From Candidatus Zhuqueibacterota bacterium 4484_188 (GTDB lineage Bacteria > Calditrichota > Calditrichia > RBG-13-44-9), in assembly GCA_002049825.1 (NCBI GenBank), contig MVCZ01000001.1, positions 1 through 26,061 of the forward strand: a DNA stretch of 26,061 nucleotides, read 5' to 3'. The position numbers and the translations under genes are program-made. Each line of letters starts with the position of its first letter. The first letter of the stretch is position 1. Shown piece after piece: positions 25,506-26,061 of the stretch. The notes under the pieces are model-generated. The model did not search any database and was not told the DNA's origin. It worked only from the letters and a program-made list of their open reading frames with translations.

Positions 25506-25534
25506 AATTTAGTAGACAAAATATTTTTAGTCAA
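25506..25534 (-). promoter_or_regulatory. Sigma70-type promoter for the ABC operon
   Basis: Minus strand TTGACT (25534-25529), 17-bp spacer, TAAATT (25511-25506); same promoter-then-operator layout as upstream of lacI. Confidence 0.65.
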
Positions 25535-25556
25535 GTAAATTTCCAAGAAAATTGTT

Positions 25557-25966
25557 AAACTTCACTGACGGGTGGATGTTAAATTGTCATTTCGAGGAGC
25601 CTGCGACGAGAAAACTTTTATTTTTTATAGTTTAAAGATTTTCTACGAATCGTAGATCTCACTTCGTTCGAAATGACAATGAATTTCGTCTTTTCCATCC
25701 ATCAGTATGGTTTAACAGAAAATTGGATAACTTCACAGGCAGGCGGTCGTAATTCATTCCGGTCATACCTGAGTTCATACATTTTTATGTATAACCTCAC
25801 TGACGGATTGAACTTCCATAGAATGTCATTCCCGTCCCGGCTTTCCGGGATTATCGGGAATCTAATTATGCAATATAGTGGATTCCCTGCCTGCAGCAGG
25901 CAGGCCGCTAAATACGTGCGGGAATGACAGTATTGCCCACCCGTCAGTGAGTTTATACATTTTTAT
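25557..25966. repeat. Mosaic of REP/MITE-like palindromic elements
   Basis: Outer perfect 14-bp IR TCACTGACGGGTGG (25562-25575) / CCACCCGTCAGTGA (25937-25950), with a third TCACTGACGG at 25797. Element A: ATTGTCATTTCGA (25583-25595) ... TCGAAATGACAAT (25668-25680). Element B: TGTCATTCCCG (25824-25834) ... CGGGAATGACA (25919-25929). Confidence 0.85.
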
Positions 25967-26061
25967 CACGATTCTACTTTGTTTCAATTCACTTATTAGT
26001 TAAATTTGATGGGTTTTGGTGGGGGAGGAGAAAAAACCGGATACCGTGAGCGAAGAAACAA

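Noticed and set aside
25673-25927. 84-aa plus-strand ORF
   Set aside because: Runs through palindromic repeats, has no SD or protein-like features, and is probably spurious.
25557-25966. CRISPR array or IS element
   Set aside because: The repeats are palindromic, of different families and irregularly spaced, with no unique spacers and no cas or transposase gene.
25996-26061. Possible 3' end of an upstream minus-strand gene (LFLRSRYPVFSPPPPKPIKFN*) or start of a divergent gene (GTG 26046)
   Set aside because: Only about 20 codons are visible, so neither reading can be supported.

Overview
The window is one co-oriented (minus-strand) carbohydrate-uptake locus, most likely from a non-Bacteroidetes member of the FCB superphylum (Calditrichota/KSB1/Ignavibacteria-like; taxonomy is inferred). 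In transcription order, right to left, it carries: a mosaic of REP-like palindromes; a sigma70-type promoter and LacI operator; a sugar ABC binding protein and two permeases with no ATPase; a second promoter and operator; and a LacI repressor. Next come two diverged tandem copies of a four-gene cassette: [non-catalytic tandem CBM9-like protein with a type-A T9SS C-terminal domain] - [TonB-dependent receptor, not SusC-type] - [~1050-1090 aa uncharacterised secreted protein with Asp-rich Ca-binding-like repeats, an FN3-like domain and an atypical 104-aa CTD] - [PorV/PorQ-family beta-barrel]. The locus ends with a GH94 phosphorylase broken by two small frameshifting deletions and a GH144-like (glucoamylase-family, beta-1,2-glucanase-like) enzyme that the ORF track missed and that runs off the left edge. 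The most interesting signal is the repeated cassette, which has no SusD. It looks like a polysaccharide-capture system in which T9SS cargo, each big protein paired with its own PorV paralog, may replace the SusD/SGBP lipoproteins. Beta-1,2-glucan is the best-supported substrate guess. All family assignments come from motif recognition by eye; no database searches were run.
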